Shown: positions 21,899 through 33,620, counted from the stretch's first letter. The stretch: DNA of 64,000 nt from Gemmatimonadota bacterium (GCA_003220935.1 QHTT01000072.1:577-64576), one strand, 5' to 3'. The notes: generated by a model not told the origin, from the sequence alone. Translations and numbers: made by a program.

Positions 21899-22719
21899 GG
21901 GATCACCACCCCGCCGTAGCCCACAACCGCGGCATCGTCACCCGTCACCATCCCGGAGTGACTGTAGTGCACGACCTCCGCGTGCGCCGCGCCGAGCGTT
22001 CGGGCCGCGGCGATGACCGTGGCTGTCGGCGCACGGCCGCACATCGAGATGCCCTCGCTCTGGCAGCGCCGCAACAGCTCGGCGCCGTCCAGCGCGGCAA
22101 CGGCCTCGAGCGCCCGCCGGTCCTTGCGCTCCGAGACGGCGGCGGGCTCGTAGTGGGTGAGGTCGCTCGAGGCGAGCAGCAGCACGGGCTCGGACCAGCG
22201 CGCCGTAAGGCCCGAGAGCGTTTCCCCCAGACCGCGGCAACCCTCCCAGGCGTCCCAGGCGAGCACCAAGGGGACGATGCGCACGTCAGCGCGGCGCATC
22301 TGGAGAAAGGGCACCTCTACCTCCACCGCGTGCTCGCGGGCGTGAGCCGCATGATCGACGGCGACCAGGGGCGACGCGTCGAGCAGCGCGGCCGCGAACC
22401 GCTCGTCCACTCGGACGTCGCCGAGCGGGGTGCGGAACACGCCGGCTTCCCACAGTGACGCGCCGCCGCGCGCGCCGCATACGCCGGTGTGGTTGGGTGC
22501 CAGAATCACGACGACGGGCGGGATGTCGAGACGGGCGAACACATGCGCGGCAGTCAGCCCCGAGTAGACGTAGCCGGCGTGCGGCGCTACGGCCGCGCGG
22601 GCGGGCGCGGGGCGCGTCGGCGGCACGGCCTCGAAGAGCTGGCGGACGGCGCGCTCCAGCTCGCGCTTCGTCCCCGGGTAGAAGCGCCCGCTCACCGCGG
22701 GCGCGCGCACCGCGTCCAA
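21895..22719 (-). CDS. AmmeMemoRadiSam system protein B (MEMO1 family)
   Basis: RAPAVSGRFYP, PHAGYVYSG, EHAVEV, SSDLTHY, SMCG, VVGYG. Confidence 0.92.
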   Translation of the reverse strand: MDAVRAPAVSGRFYPGTKRELERAVRQLFEAVPPTRPAPARAAVAPHAGYVYSGLTAAHVFARLDIPPVVVILAPNHTGVCGARGGASLWEAGVFRTPLGDVRVDERFAAALLDASPLVAVDHAAHAREHAVEVEVPFLQMRRADVRIVPLVLAWDAWEGCRGLGETLSGLTARWSEPVLLLASSDLTHYEPAAVSERKDRRALEAVAALDGAELLRRCQSEGISMCGRAPTATVIAAARTLGAAHAEVVHYSHSGMVTGDDAAVVGYGGVVIP

Positions 22720-22722
22720 GCC

Positions 22723-22923
22723 TTACTTGAAGCTCTGGCCGATCGCGCGACCGAAGGAGATCTCCCCGTTATCGATGCGGATGTTGAACCCGCACTCCGG
22801 GTTGCTGCACACCCAGGCCTTGTAGGTGATCGGCGCCCCGTCGCGGCCGTAGTCCGATAGCGGGATGAGTAGACCTTGCTGACACTTCCGGCAGGCGGGC
22901 CATTCCCTGGCGTCCGTGCTCAT
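22723..22923 (-). CDS. Small zinc-ribbon protein (66 aa)
   Basis: CRKC...CSNPEC; RBS-like aagggggtg upstream; fits tightly in the operon. Confidence 0.75.
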   Translation of the reverse strand: MSTDAREWPACRKCQQGLLIPLSDYGRDGAPITYKAWVCSNPECGFNIRIDNGEISFGRAIGQSFK

Positions 22924-22954
22924 GCGGCACCCCCTTCCCCCGATCCAGCGCCCG

Positions 22955-23341
22955 CTAGCTGCGCTCCAGGCCGGGCCAGCGGTACCCGACCCGGAACACT
23001 TCCGTGAAATCGTACACCCGATCGAAATCCTCGAGCTTGTCGCTCGGTTGCCGCGCGAGCAGCCCCACGTCGATCAGGGAAAACACGATGCGCCCAAGAT
23101 CCTCCGTGCTGGTGATCCCCCAGAAACGGAGCACGGTCGGCGCCAGCAGGCCGAACTGGTCGAGCGCGAAGTCGCGGCAGGCCCAGGCGAGCTCGGTTCC
23201 ACTCAGGTGGCGGCGCGCCGCCAGCTTGCCCTGCGCGTACTCGAGCGCCGCCAGCACGAACAGATAGCCGCGCTCGTGGTAGCGGCCGTCCTGCTGGCCG
23301 ATCCGCTGGAACGCTTCCTGGAGGGTCGCGAAATCGCTCAC
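22955..23341 (-). CDS. Minf_1886-like family protein
   Basis: RYHERGYLFV, RHLSGTEL, FGLLAPTVLRFWGITSTEDLGRIVF, DFDRVYDF; family assignment is from recall. Confidence 0.75.
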   Translation of the reverse strand: MSDFATLQEAFQRIGQQDGRYHERGYLFVLAALEYAQGKLAARRHLSGTELAWACRDFALDQFGLLAPTVLRFWGITSTEDLGRIVFSLIDVGLLARQPSDKLEDFDRVYDFTEVFRVGYRWPGLERS

Positions 23342-25722
23342 GGCCGGACCTCGAGGCTCCCCGGCTTACGCGCGCGGACGTCGAGCGGCCGCGGCAGGCG
23401 CGACTCGAGCAGCGCGAGCTCGAGTACTTCGTCGATCGTCTCCACCGGCTTGATCTCGAGCAGCTTCTTCACCTCGTCGGGGACCTCCACGATGTCGCTC
23501 TGATTGCGCGCCGGCACGAGCACCGTCTTCACGCCGGCGCGCGCCGCCGCCGTCAGCTTCTCCTTCAGCCCCCCGATCGGGAGCACCCGGCCACGCAGTG
23601 TCAGCTCGCCCGTCATCGCCACGTCATGGCGCGAGGGACGCTGGCACAGGAGCGACGCGAGCGCCGCGGCGATCGTGATCCCCGCCGAGGGCCCGTCTTT
23701 CGGCACCGCGCCGGCGGGGACGTGCAGATGCACGTCCGTCTGCGTGAATGCCTCGAGCGGGATACCGAGGGCACTGGCACGGGCCCGCAACAAGCTCCAC
23801 GCCGCCTGCGCCGACTCCTTCATCACGTCGCCCAGCTGCCCGGTCAGGGTGATTTGGCCCTTCCCGGGCATCTGGATTGCCTCGATGAACATGATGTCGC
23901 CGCCCACCGGTGTCCACGCGAGGCCGGTGGCCACGCCGACCTCCGGGCTGCGCCCGGCCACCTCGCTCTGTACCCTGGGCTGGCCGGCGTACTTCTCGAG
24001 GTTCTTCACGGAGATCTTGACGGGCCCCCCCCGCCCCTCCACCACTTCCAGCGCCGCCTTGCGCAGCACGCCCTGGATCTCGCGCTCCAGCTGGCGTACG
24101 CCCGCCTCGCGGGTGTACTCCCCGATCAGCCGCTCCAGCGCCGCGTCGGCGACGCCCGCCCGCTCCGCTGTGAGCCCCGTCTCCTTGAGCTGACGCGGCA
24201 GCAAGAAGCGCTTCGCGATGGCGAGCTTCTCGCCGGGGGTGTAGCCGGGTAAGGTGAGAACCTCCATCCGGTCGAGCAAGGGGTCGGGGATCGGTGCGAG
24301 GCTGTTGGCGGTGGCGATGAACATGACGCCTGACAGATCGAACGGCACCTCGAGGTAATGGTCGACGAACGAGGCGTTCTGCGCGGGATCGAGCACCTCG
24401 AGCAGCGCGGCGGTCGGATCGCCCCGGACGTCGGCCCCCATCTTGTCCACCTCGTCGAGCATCAGCAGGGGGTTGCGCGTCTCGCAGCGCTGCAGCGCGT
24501 GGATGATGCGGCCCGGGAGGGCGCCGACGTAGGTGCGGCGATGGCCGCGCACCTCCGCCTCGTCCCGCACTCCACCCAGCGACACGCGGGTGAAGCGCCG
24601 CCCCAGCGCCTCCGCGATGCTCTGGCCGAGCGACGTCTTGCCGACCCCGGGCGGCCCCACAAAGCACAGGATGCTGCCACGCGCCTGCGGGTTGAGCGTG
24701 CGGACGGCGAGGTACTCGAGGATGCGCTCCTTCACCGTCTTCAGGTCGTAGTGGTCGCGGTCGAGGATCTCGCGCGCGGCCTTCAGGTCGAGGCGGTCCT
24801 CGGAGGTGCGGTTCCACGGGAGCGTGGCGAACACCTCGAGGTAGGTGCGCGCCACGTGGTACTCGGCCGACTGCGGCGACATCTGGCGCAGCCGCTTGAG
24901 CTCGCGGTCGGAGACCTTCTTCGCCTCGGCGTGCAACCCGGCCTCGTCGAGCCGCCGTCCGAGCTCGTCCAGCTCGTCGTCGCCGTCGTCCTCCCCCAGC
25001 TCCTGGCGGATCACCCGCAGCTGTTCGCGCAGCACGTACTCGCGCTGGTTCGCGTCGAGCCGGGACTTCACCTTCTCCTGGATCTGGGTGCCCACCTCCA
25101 GCACCTGCAGCTCCTGCCCCAGCAGCTCGGCGAGCCGCTCGAGCCGGCGGTTCACGTCGTCGATCGACAGCAGCTCGGCCTTGGCGGGAAGCGCCAGGTC
25201 CAGGTTCGCGGCGGCGAAGTCGGCGAGCTTCGAGCCGTCGGTGATCCCGGACAGGACTTCGTGCAGCTCCTCGCCCAAGTAGGGCGCGATGTCGATCACG
25301 CGCGAGAACTGCGCCTGCACGGTGCGCTTCAGCGCCTCGGTGCGGGCGTCCTCGGGGCCGGTGGACGCGAGCGTCTCGAAGCCCGCGACGAGCCAGTGCT
25401 CGGCCGGGCCGATCTCGACGAAGCGCGCCCGCTCCAGCCCCTGCACCATCACCCGCACCGAGCCGTCGCCCAGCTTCAGCATCCGGACCACGGACCCGAG
25501 CGTCCCCACCTCGTACAGCTCGTCCGGCCGGGCCTGCATGACCGCACCCTCGGGAGGCTCCGCACCGGCGAGCGGCTTCACGATGCCCAAGAGCAAGCGC
25601 TTGTTCCCTTGCACCACCTCGTCGATGAGCTGCACGGCGTGCGGGTCCGTCAGCGCCATCGGCAGCACGACGTGGGGGTACACCACCACCTGGCCGAGCG
25701 GCAGGATCGGCAGGCGGTCCAT
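23338..25722 (-). CDS. lon: Endopeptidase La (Lon)
   Basis: GPPGVGKTS, RRTYVGALPG, PKDGPSAG (catalytic Ser), GGLKEK (catalytic Lys). Confidence 0.97.
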   Translation of the reverse strand: MDRLPILPLGQVVVYPHVVLPMALTDPHAVQLIDEVVQGNKRLLLGIVKPLAGAEPPEGAVMQARPDELYEVGTLGSVVRMLKLGDGSVRVMVQGLERARFVEIGPAEHWLVAGFETLASTGPEDARTEALKRTVQAQFSRVIDIAPYLGEELHEVLSGITDGSKLADFAAANLDLALPAKAELLSIDDVNRRLERLAELLGQELQVLEVGTQIQEKVKSRLDANQREYVLREQLRVIRQELGEDDGDDELDELGRRLDEAGLHAEAKKVSDRELKRLRQMSPQSAEYHVARTYLEVFATLPWNRTSEDRLDLKAAREILDRDHYDLKTVKERILEYLAVRTLNPQARGSILCFVGPPGVGKTSLGQSIAEALGRRFTRVSLGGVRDEAEVRGHRRTYVGALPGRIIHALQRCETRNPLLMLDEVDKMGADVRGDPTAALLEVLDPAQNASFVDHYLEVPFDLSGVMFIATANSLAPIPDPLLDRMEVLTLPGYTPGEKLAIAKRFLLPRQLKETGLTAERAGVADAALERLIGEYTREAGVRQLEREIQGVLRKAALEVVEGRGGPVKISVKNLEKYAGQPRVQSEVAGRSPEVGVATGLAWTPVGGDIMFIEAIQMPGKGQITLTGQLGDVMKESAQAAWSLLRARASALGIPLEAFTQTDVHLHVPAGAVPKDGPSAGITIAAALASLLCQRPSRHDVAMTGELTLRGRVLPIGGLKEKLTAAARAGVKTVLVPARNQSDIVEVPDEVKKLLEIKPVETIDEVLELALLESRLPRPLDVRARKPGSLEVRP

Positions 25723-26196
25723 CTACCGCACCTTCACGGATTGGGGACCCGAGAGCCGTGGGGGGAGCTTCGTGAGCCGCACCTCGAGGAAGCCGTGCTC
25801 GTAGCTGGCGCGGATCGAGTCGGGGTCCACGGCCACGGGGAGGCGGAAGCGGCGCTCGAACGGGCCGACCTGCACTTCCATCGCATGGTAGTGCGGCTTG
25901 CCCTCGCGCCGCGGCTTGCGCTCGCCCCCGATCGTGAGGATGCCGTCGGCGAACTCGACGGAGAAATCCTCCGCGGTCATGCCGGCGATGTCCATGTAGA
26001 CGACGAGCGCGTCGTCGGTCTCGTAGATGTCCGTGGGGGGCTTCCACTTGGACGAGGCGACGAAGCCGACCGGGCGGCCGTGGGCGACCTCGTTGAAGTA
26101 GACCTCGAGCTCGTCGGCGAGATGCACTGTGAAGGATCCCGAGCCGCGCGACGGCCGGCCGGAGAACCCGCTCCCCCCGCTGCCGGTCTCAGCCAT
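25723..26196 (-). CDS. Hsp20/alpha-crystallin small heat-shock protein
   Basis: [30 protein letters not shown]; start MAETGS. Confidence 0.9.
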   Translation of the reverse strand: MAETGSGGSGFSGRPSRGSGSFTVHLADELEVYFNEVAHGRPVGFVASSKWKPPTDIYETDDALVVYMDIAGMTAEDFSVEFADGILTIGGERKPRREGKPHYHAMEVQVGPFERRFRLPVAVDPDSIRASYEHGFLEVRLTKLPPRLSGPQSVKVR

Positions 26197-27469
26197 GGCG
26201 CGACCCCACGGTGTGGCGGGCGGGCGCCGCGTACAGAGGGAACTGCTCCGTGAGCTCACGGACCTCGGCCTTCACGCGCGCGAGGGTCGCGTCGTCCTGC
26301 TTCGTGAGGACCGTGTCGATACAGTCGGCCACTTTCTCCATCTCGGACTCGGCGAAGCCGCGGGTGGTGACCGCGGGCGTGCCGATCCGGATCCCGCTGG
26401 TCACGAACGCTGACTGCGGGTCCCCCGGGATGGTGTTCTTGTTGACCGTGATTCCCGCGCGATCGAGCAAGGTCTGCGCCTCCTTGCCCGTCAGACCTTT
26501 GGGCCGCAGGTCGACGAGCATGAGATGGGTATCGGTGCCGCCCGAGACGATCGCGTAACCGCGCTCGAGCAGCGCCGCCGCGAGCGTTTGAGCGTTCTTC
26601 ACGACCTGGATCGCGTACTGCTTGTAGGCCGGCGTCATCGCTTCCCCCAGCGCCACCGCCTTCGCCGCGATCACGTGCTCGAGCGGACCGCCCTGGATGC
26701 CGGGGAACACCAGCTTGTCCACCTCCTTGCCGTACGCCTCCTGGCAGAGGATCAGACCGCCGCGGGGGCCGCGCAGTGTCTTGTGAGTCGTCGTCGTGAC
26801 GATCTGGGCGTGCGGTACCGGCGACGGGTGGATGCCCGCCGCCACGAGCCCGGCGAAGTGCGCCATGTCGACCACGAAGATCGCGCCGACTTCGTCGGCG
26901 ACGCTGCGCAGCGCGGCGAAGTCGATCACGCGGGCATAGGCGCTGCCGCCGCCCACGAGAATGCGCGGCCGCTCGCGGCGCGCGACCTCGCGGACCTGGT
27001 CGTAGTCGATGCGCCCTGTGTCCTCCCGCACTCCGTAGGAGGTCGCCCGGAACAGCATCCCCGAGAAGTTGACGGGCGAGCCGTGCGTGAGGTGGCCGCC
27101 GTGCGACAGCGCGAGCCCGAGCAGCGTGTCGCCAGGCTTCGCGATCGCGAGGTAGGCGGCCATGTTGGCCTGCGCGCCCGAATGCGGCTGGACGTTCACG
27201 TGCTCGGCCTTGAACAACGCCTTAGCGCGGTCGATCGCGAGCTGCTCCACCTCGTCCACGACCTCGCAACCGCCGTAGTAGCGCTTCCGGGGCAGTCCCT
27301 CGGCGTACTTGTTGGTGAGCGCCGTGCCCATCGCTTCCATGACGGCCAGCGTGGCGAAGTTCTCGCTCGCGATCAGCTCGAGCCCGTGCTCCTGGCGCTC
27401 CACCTCCCGTTGGATGAGCGCGTAAATGGCCGGGTCGGCCTGGGCCAGGTGGGCGCGCCGGTCAACCAT
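26189..27469 (-). CDS. glyA: Serine hydroxymethyltransferase
   Basis: [26 protein letters not shown]. Confidence 0.98.
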   Translation of the reverse strand: MVDRRAHLAQADPAIYALIQREVERQEHGLELIASENFATLAVMEAMGTALTNKYAEGLPRKRYYGGCEVVDEVEQLAIDRAKALFKAEHVNVQPHSGAQANMAAYLAIAKPGDTLLGLALSHGGHLTHGSPVNFSGMLFRATSYGVREDTGRIDYDQVREVARRERPRILVGGGSAYARVIDFAALRSVADEVGAIFVVDMAHFAGLVAAGIHPSPVPHAQIVTTTTHKTLRGPRGGLILCQEAYGKEVDKLVFPGIQGGPLEHVIAAKAVALGEAMTPAYKQYAIQVVKNAQTLAAALLERGYAIVSGGTDTHLMLVDLRPKGLTGKEAQTLLDRAGITVNKNTIPGDPQSAFVTSGIRIGTPAVTTRGFAESEMEKVADCIDTVLTKQDDATLARVKAEVRELTEQFPLYAAPARHTVGSRHG

Positions 27470-27902
27470 GGTCGATCTTCGCGACGCGTCGCGCGTGGCG
27501 TCCACCTTCGAACCCCGTCTCGAGCCACCGGTGCAGGATCTCCATCCCTTCCTCCTCGCTCACGAACCGCGACGGCAGCACCAGCACATTCGCGTCGTTG
27601 TGCTTGCGCGCCAGCTCGGCGATCTCCGGGCTCCAGGCGACCGCTGCCCTCACGCGCGCGAACCGATTGGCGACGTAGGCCATGCCGAGCCCCGTCCCGC
27701 ACGTCAGGACGCCGCGGCGCACGGCACCGAGGCTCACCGCCTCGGCGACGGGCTTCGCATAGTCCGGAAAGTCGTCCGCCGGGTCCAGCGCCTTCGGGCC
27801 CACGTCCACCGGCTCGTACCCGAGCCGCCGGAGCTCGTCGACCAGTTTCTGCTTCAGCTGAAACCCCGCGTGGTCCGCGCCGATGTAGATCTGCTCAGAC
27901 AT
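27462..27902 (-). CDS. rpiB: Ribose-5-phosphate isomerase B
   Basis: [29 protein letters not shown]. Confidence 0.95.
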   Translation of the reverse strand: MSEQIYIGADHAGFQLKQKLVDELRRLGYEPVDVGPKALDPADDFPDYAKPVAEAVSLGAVRRGVLTCGTGLGMAYVANRFARVRAAVAWSPEIAELARKHNDANVLVLPSRFVSEEEGMEILHRWLETGFEGGRHARRVAKIDHG

Positions 27903-29043
27903 GGTTGCGCCGCACCTGCGCGATGGTGGCGATACGCTGCTCGGCGAGCCGGTCCGCCGCCTGGTAGCTCGGGATCCGTTCCTCCCGCGCGATCTCGAAC
28001 ACGCGTAGGATCGTGTCGTAGATCTCCCCGGCTTTGTTGCGCGCCCGCTCCGGCGACCAGCCGTGCAGCTCAGCGTTCACGTTGATCAACCCGCCGCCGT
28101 TGATCACGTAATCGGGAGCGTACGTGACGTGCCGCTCTTCGAGCAGATCGCCATGGCGGTCCTCGGCCAGCTGGTTGTTGGCGCCGCCCGCCACGATCTC
28201 CACCCGGAGCCGCCGGATCGTGTCGTCGTTGATCACCGCGCCGAGCGCGCAGGGAGCGAAGATGTCGGCGCGCACGTCGTAGATCTCGCTCGTCGCTACC
28301 GCCGTCGCCCCGCATTCCTCCACCACGCGCCGCACCCGCTGGGGGTCGATGTCCGTGCATACGATGTGCGCGCCTTCCGCGTGCAGCAGCTTCGCCAGGT
28401 GGTACCCGACGCTGCCGCATCCCTGCAGCGCCACCGTCTTCCCCGTAAGACGGTCCGATCCGGAGCGGTAGTGGACGCACGCCTTCATGCCCCGGTACAC
28501 TCCGTACGCCGTGACCGGCGACGGATCGCCCGACTTGCCGATCAGGCCGGTCACATGGTTCGTCTCCGCCTTGATGTACTCCATGTCCGAGGTCGACGTG
28601 CCGACGTCCTCGGCCGTGATGTAGCGGCCCCCGAGCGACTCCACATGCCGGCCGTGCGCCCGAAACAGCGCCTCCCGCCGCGTGGTGCGGTTGTCGCCGA
28701 GGATCACGCTCTTGCCACCGCCCAGATTCAGCCCGGCCACCGCGGCCTTGTAGGTCATGCCGCGCGCCAGCCGGAGGCAGTCGACCAGGGCCTCCTCGTC
28801 GGTGCGGTAGCTCCAGAACCGCGTGCCGCCGAGCGCGGGGCCAAGCACCGTGGAATGGATGGCGATGATGCCGCGGTAGCCGCAGGACGGCTCGTGGTAC
28901 ACGCTCACCTGCTCGTGGTCGTGCTCGGCGAGCAGGGAGAAGAGCGCGAGCGCACCAGCGGCCCCGGGCTCACGCCCGGAGCTAGGCTTCAGGATAGAGG
29001 CCGCGGGCGATGACGATCCGCTGGATTTCGCTGGTGCCTTCAT
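27895..29043 (-). CDS. Leucine (Glu/Leu/Phe/Val) dehydrogenase
   Basis: LGPALGGTR, GMTYK, GGGK, TAEDVGT, GGANNQL. Confidence 0.92.
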   Translation of the reverse strand: MKAPAKSSGSSSPAASILKPSSGREPGAAGALALFSLLAEHDHEQVSVYHEPSCGYRGIIAIHSTVLGPALGGTRFWSYRTDEEALVDCLRLARGMTYKAAVAGLNLGGGKSVILGDNRTTRREALFRAHGRHVESLGGRYITAEDVGTSTSDMEYIKAETNHVTGLIGKSGDPSPVTAYGVYRGMKACVHYRSGSDRLTGKTVALQGCGSVGYHLAKLLHAEGAHIVCTDIDPQRVRRVVEECGATAVATSEIYDVRADIFAPCALGAVINDDTIRRLRVEIVAGGANNQLAEDRHGDLLEERHVTYAPDYVINGGGLINVNAELHGWSPERARNKAGEIYDTILRVFEIAREERIPSYQAADRLAEQRIATIAQVRRNHV

Positions 29044-30151
29044 AGATCTCGGTCACCTTCGCGTCGCGAAACAGTTTCTCGACGGGGAAGTCCCGCATGT
29101 AGCCGTACCCCCCGAACAGCTGCACCGCCTGAGTCGTGACCCACATGGCGGTCTCGGAGGCGAACAGCTTGGCCATACTCGCCTGCGTCGTGATCTCCTC
29201 GCCCCGGTCCCTGCGCGCCGCCGCCGCGTGGCCCAGGGCGCGAGCCGCCTCGACCCGGGTGGCCATGTCGGCGAGCTTGAACTGCACCGCCTCGAATTCC
29301 CGCAGCGCTTGCCCGAACTGCTTGCGCTCGGTGCAGTAGGCAACCGAGTGCTCCAGCGCCCGCCGCGCGATTCCTACCGCCTGGATCGCGATGCCGAGCC
29401 GCCCTACGTCCAGCCCTTCCATCGCGTAGACGAACCCCTGTCCCTCCTCACCCAGGAGGTGCTCCACCGGGAGCCGGACGTCCTCGAGCGTGATCGCGGT
29501 CGTGTTGGAGGCCCGCAAGCCCAGCTTATCCTCCGGCTTCCCCGGACGATAACCCGCGACATCGGTCGGCACAATGAACGTGGAGATTCCCTTCGCGCCG
29601 CGTCGCGCCTCGGGTCGATCGGTGCGGGCCATGACCATCATCACATCCGCCGTGCCGCCGTTGGTGGCCCACGCCTTGGTGCCCGAGAGCACCCAGTGAT
29701 GTCCCGACCGCAACGCCCGCGCGGAGAGCGACGCGGCGTCCGAGCCCGAGTCAGGCTCGGAGAGGGCGAACCCTGCCAGCAGCTCGCCGCGCGCCATCGG
29801 CTTGAGCCACCGCTCCTTCTGCGCGGGGCTGCCGTGCCGCAGCAGCATCGTCGTGGGGATGGCGTTGTGAATCGCGACCGAGACCGCGATGCTCGCGTCG
29901 GCCGCCGCGAGCTCCTCGAGCGCGAGCAGGTAGGTGAGCGTGTCGAGCCCCATCCCGTCGTAATCTTCGGGCGTGCCCATGCCGAGGAAGCCGAGCTTGC
30001 CCAGCTCGTCGATCACGTCGCGCGGGAAGTGCGCGCTGCGATCCCACTCCGCGGCGTGCGGCTCGATCTTGGTGCGTGCGAACTCGCGCGCCAGATCCAC
30101 GATCTGGCGCTGCATCTCGGTGAGGCCCGTGGCCTCAATCGCGATAGACAT
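28982..30151 (-). CDS. Acyl-CoA dehydrogenase
   Basis: [33 protein letters not shown]; start MSIAIE. Confidence 0.93.
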   Translation of the reverse strand: MSIAIEATGLTEMQRQIVDLAREFARTKIEPHAAEWDRSAHFPRDVIDELGKLGFLGMGTPEDYDGMGLDTLTYLLALEELAAADASIAVSVAIHNAIPTTMLLRHGSPAQKERWLKPMARGELLAGFALSEPDSGSDAASLSARALRSGHHWVLSGTKAWATNGGTADVMMVMARTDRPEARRGAKGISTFIVPTDVAGYRPGKPEDKLGLRASNTTAITLEDVRLPVEHLLGEEGQGFVYAMEGLDVGRLGIAIQAVGIARRALEHSVAYCTERKQFGQALREFEAVQFKLADMATRVEAARALGHAAAARRDRGEEITTQASMAKLFASETAMWVTTQAVQLFGGYGYMRDFPVEKLFRDAKVTEIYEGTSEIQRIVIARGLYPEA

Positions 30152-30983
30152 AGAAACCCCGGCCGGTCTTCCGACCCAGGCGCCCCGCCGCAACCATCTT
30201 TCGCAACAGCGGCGCCGGCCGGTACTTGTCGTCCCCGAGGTCGCGCTGCAGCACCTCGAGGATCGCCAGGCACACGTCCAGCCCGATCAGATCGGCGAGG
30301 GCGAGCGGCCCGAGCGGGTGGTTCATGCCGAGCTTCATCACAGTGTCCACTGCCTCCGGCGTCGCGACGCCCTCCATGACGCAGTAGACTGCCTCGTTGA
30401 TCATGGGCAGCAGGACGCGATTGGAGACGAACCCCGGCGAATCGTTCACCACGACGGGAGTCTTGTGCAACGCCTCCACAATCTCCACAACCTTCACAAC
30501 CGTCTCATCCGCCGTCTCGAGGCCACGGATCACCTCGACCAGTGGCATCACGGGCACCGGGTTCATGAAATGCATCCCGATCACCTGGGCGGGGCGCTTG
30601 GTCTGCGCGGCGATCGTGGAGACGGAAATCGACGACGTATTGCTGGCCAGCACGGCCGCGGGCGGCGCCAACCGGTCGAGCTCGCGGAAGATCTTGAACT
30701 TGGTCTCCGACTGCTCGGTCGCGGCTTCCACCACGAGCTCGACATCCGCCACGGCAGCGAGACTGGGCGAGGTCCGGATGCGGGCCAGCGCGGCGTCGCG
30801 TTGCTCCGCGCTGACAGTTCCCTTCTTCACCTGGCGCTCGAAGTTCGTGCGGATGGTGGCGAGCACCCGCTCGAGCAGCCCGGGGGCCACGTCGATCAGC
30901 GCGGTGTCCCACCCGTGCAGCGCGAACACGTGCGCGATGCCGTTGCCCATCGTCCCGGCGCCGACCACCGCGACCCGGCTCAA
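30135..30983 (-). CDS. hbd: 3-hydroxybutyryl-CoA dehydrogenase
   Basis: [39 protein letters not shown]; TTG start. Confidence 0.92.
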   Translation of the reverse strand: MSRVAVVGAGTMGNGIAHVFALHGWDTALIDVAPGLLERVLATIRTNFERQVKKGTVSAEQRDAALARIRTSPSLAAVADVELVVEAATEQSETKFKIFRELDRLAPPAAVLASNTSSISVSTIAAQTKRPAQVIGMHFMNPVPVMPLVEVIRGLETADETVVKVVEIVEALHKTPVVVNDSPGFVSNRVLLPMINEAVYCVMEGVATPEAVDTVMKLGMNHPLGPLALADLIGLDVCLAILEVLQRDLGDDKYRPAPLLRKMVAAGRLGRKTGRGFYVYRD

Positions 30984-31843
30984 GCGAGCCAGTCCTTGGG
31001 CTGCTTGAACCGGCTGCCGATGACGGCCAGCGTCCCGGTGCACAGCACGATCGTGGCGACGACCCCGCCTTCCGGCCCGAACGCGCCGCCGTCCACCCAG
31101 ACGCGCGTGCCGGGGTGGTACTCGACCGCCGGCACCTGAAAGGTGTAGCCGCTCACCGGTGCGTCGAACAGCAGCGCCAGACCGGCGTTCCAGCCGAAGT
31201 GGAGCCCCCAGGCGAGCGCCATGCCGCCGGGGGAAAAGAACGCGAAGGACAGCCAGATCGCGGCGAGCGCGACGTTCACCGTGCTCAAGAACCCCGCGTG
31301 CGGGTTCCGCGCATGCGCGATACCGAAGCCGAGGGCGAGGACCAGCATCGCCGCGACCGGGCCGAGCGCATCGGCGAGCAGGCGCAGCGGGAGGCCGCGG
31401 AACGTGAGCTCTTCCCACAGGGCTGCCAAGATCAACGCGCAACCGAGCGGTGCGGCTTGCGCCGCCCAGCGGGACCAGTCGGGGGTGAGCTGCACGCGCG
31501 CTCCGCTGCCGAGGAACGCGAGCGCGATCGCGAGCGCCGCCATCACGGCGCCCAGCGTCGCCCCGTTAACGAGTCGGTGCGTCATCCCATCCGTCGTGTG
31601 CCAGCCGAGCTGGTCCCAGGAGCGTTTCGCGAGCCGCACGCCGACGAGCCAAGTGGCGAACCCGAAGGAGAGTCCCAGACTGAGGGCGTTCACCGCCAGG
31701 GACCAGGGCGAGGGCTCCGCCACCCGAATGAACCGCAGCAGGAGGAGCGAGCCCCCGAAACCGACCAGCGCGAAGACCGTGACCCCCGCCAGGGCCAGGC
31801 CCAGGCGCCGCAGCCGGTCCTGAAACGAAACGCGCGCCGTCAT
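30980..31843 (-). CDS. CPBP family intramembrane metalloprotease
   Basis: [26 protein letters not shown]. Confidence 0.88.
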   Translation of the reverse strand: MTARVSFQDRLRRLGLALAGVTVFALVGFGGSLLLLRFIRVAEPSPWSLAVNALSLGLSFGFATWLVGVRLAKRSWDQLGWHTTDGMTHRLVNGATLGAVMAALAIALAFLGSGARVQLTPDWSRWAAQAAPLGCALILAALWEELTFRGLPLRLLADALGPVAAMLVLALGFGIAHARNPHAGFLSTVNVALAAIWLSFAFFSPGGMALAWGLHFGWNAGLALLFDAPVSGYTFQVPAVEYHPGTRVWVDGGAFGPEGGVVATIVLCTGTLAVIGSRFKQPKDWLA

Positions 31844-32403
31844 AGGCGCGCGCGGAGGGGACTCACGGTGGGTCGCAACACCAGCAGCGCGATGCCCAGC
31901 TTCAGCAGATCGCCGATCACGAACGGCAGGGTCCCAAGTCGCAGAGCGCTCGCGGCACTGCCCGTCAGGATCAGCAGTTGTGCCAGGCCGCCCAAGTGGA
32001 TGAGCGCGAGTCCTGTGAGCAACCCGAGCGCCAAGCGCCCCCAGCGCCGCCCATCTCCCCCGAGCCTCCCGACAGCGAACGCCGCGACGGGGTAGGCGAG
32101 CAGGTAGCCGCCGGTCGGTCCGATGAGCCGGGCGAGCCCGGGGAGGCCGTACGGCGTGAACACCGGCAGCCCGGCCGCGCCCAGCGCCAGATACAGAATC
32201 ATGCTCGCCGCACCCAGCGCGGGCCCGAGTAGACCACCGACGAGCAGCACCGCGAGCGGCTGCAGCGTCAGCGGCACCGGCGTGCCGGGAAGTGGAATCG
32301 AGACCTGCGCCGCGACCGCGACGAGGGCGGCACCCAGGATGATGGCGCCGGCGCGGCGCAGCGTGAGCGGTTGAGCGGCGAGCACGGCTGACGACACCGG
32401 CAT
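31840..32403 (-). CDS. bioY: Biotin transporter BioY
   Basis: PGTPVPLTLQ, GLPVF, GPTGGYLL, PFVIGDLLK. Confidence 0.9.
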   Translation of the reverse strand: MPVSSAVLAAQPLTLRRAGAIILGAALVAVAAQVSIPLPGTPVPLTLQPLAVLLVGGLLGPALGAASMILYLALGAAGLPVFTPYGLPGLARLIGPTGGYLLAYPVAAFAVGRLGGDGRRWGRLALGLLTGLALIHLGGLAQLLILTGSAASALRLGTLPFVIGDLLKLGIALLVLRPTVSPLRARL

Positions 32404-33593
32404 CAGAGCATCTCCACGCTGAGGGCCACTGCGTTGCCGCCGCCCAAGCAGAGGGTGGCGAGTCCGGTCGTCTGGTGCCGGTCCTTGAGGGCGTACAGCA
32501 AGGTCGTGAGCACGCGCGCGCCGGAGGCGCCGATCGGGTGGCCTAACGCGATCGCGCCCCCGTTTACGTTCACGCGGTCCCAATCCCACCCCAGGGCGCG
32601 CCCGTCGGCGAGCGCCTGGACCGCGAACGCTTCGTTGGCCTCGATCAGGTCGTAGTCCGAGATCTGCGTCTTCGCCTTCGCCATCAAGTTTTGGACCGCG
32701 ACGATAGGCGCGAAGAAGAGGTCCTTCGGCTCCCCACCGCCCGTGGCGTAGGCGGTGACGCGCGCGAGGGGCGTGAGCCCATGCGCCTTGGCGAACGCGA
32801 GCGACGTCACCACCAGGGCGCTCGCGCCGTCGTTCAACCCCGGCGCATTCCCGGGCGTCACCGTGCCGTCCTTCTCGAACGACGGCTTGAGCGCGGCCAG
32901 TGCTTCGAGCGTCGTGTCGGCGCGGGGGCATTCGTCCTTGTCGATCACGGTCGGACCCTTATTTCCCGGAATCTCGACGGGCACCGTCTCCGCCTTGAAC
33001 CGGCACGCCGCCATCGCAGCCACGGCCTTGTGATGACTCGCGAGTGCGAACGCGTCCTGGTCCGTGCGCGACACGCCTGCCTTCTTCGCAGTGTACTCAG
33101 CCAGGTTTCCCATGTGGGTGTTCGAGAAGGAGTCCCACAAGCCGTCGTGGATCATGCCGTCCACGAGCTGGCTATCGCCCGCCTTGATCCCGCCCCGCAT
33201 GCCGTAAACGTAGTGCGGCGCGTTGGACATCGACTCCATTCCGCCGGCGACCACGCACTGCTCGTCGCCGGCCTTGATCGCCTGAGCGGCGAGCATTACG
33301 GCCTTGAGGCCCGAGCCGCAAACCTTGTTGATGGTGACCGAGGGGATTGTGCCGGGCAGCCCAGCGTGGATCGCCGCCTGGCGCGCCGGTGCCTGGCCCA
33401 CGCCGCCCTGCAGCACGTTCCCGAGGATCACTTCGTCCACGCGGGCGGCGTCGATCCCGGCGCGTCGCACGGCCTCGCGGATCACGAGGGCGCCGAGCCG
33501 TGGGGCCGGGAGCGGCGACAGCCCGCCCAGGTACTTGCCGACCGGCGTGCGGCAGGCGCTCACGATGACGGGCGTGACTTGATCGGTGTTCAT
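32403..33593 (-). CDS. Acetyl-CoA C-acetyltransferase (thiolase)
   Basis: NKVCGSG, NEAFA, GHPIGASG, CLGGG. Confidence 0.95.
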   Translation of the reverse strand: MNTDQVTPVIVSACRTPVGKYLGGLSPLPAPRLGALVIREAVRRAGIDAARVDEVILGNVLQGGVGQAPARQAAIHAGLPGTIPSVTINKVCGSGLKAVMLAAQAIKAGDEQCVVAGGMESMSNAPHYVYGMRGGIKAGDSQLVDGMIHDGLWDSFSNTHMGNLAEYTAKKAGVSRTDQDAFALASHHKAVAAMAACRFKAETVPVEIPGNKGPTVIDKDECPRADTTLEALAALKPSFEKDGTVTPGNAPGLNDGASALVVTSLAFAKAHGLTPLARVTAYATGGGEPKDLFFAPIVAVQNLMAKAKTQISDYDLIEANEAFAVQALADGRALGWDWDRVNVNGGAIALGHPIGASGARVLTTLLYALKDRHQTTGLATLCLGGGNAVALSVEML

Positions 33594-33620
33594 GGCGACC
33601 CTGGTCCCTCCTTCGTCAAA

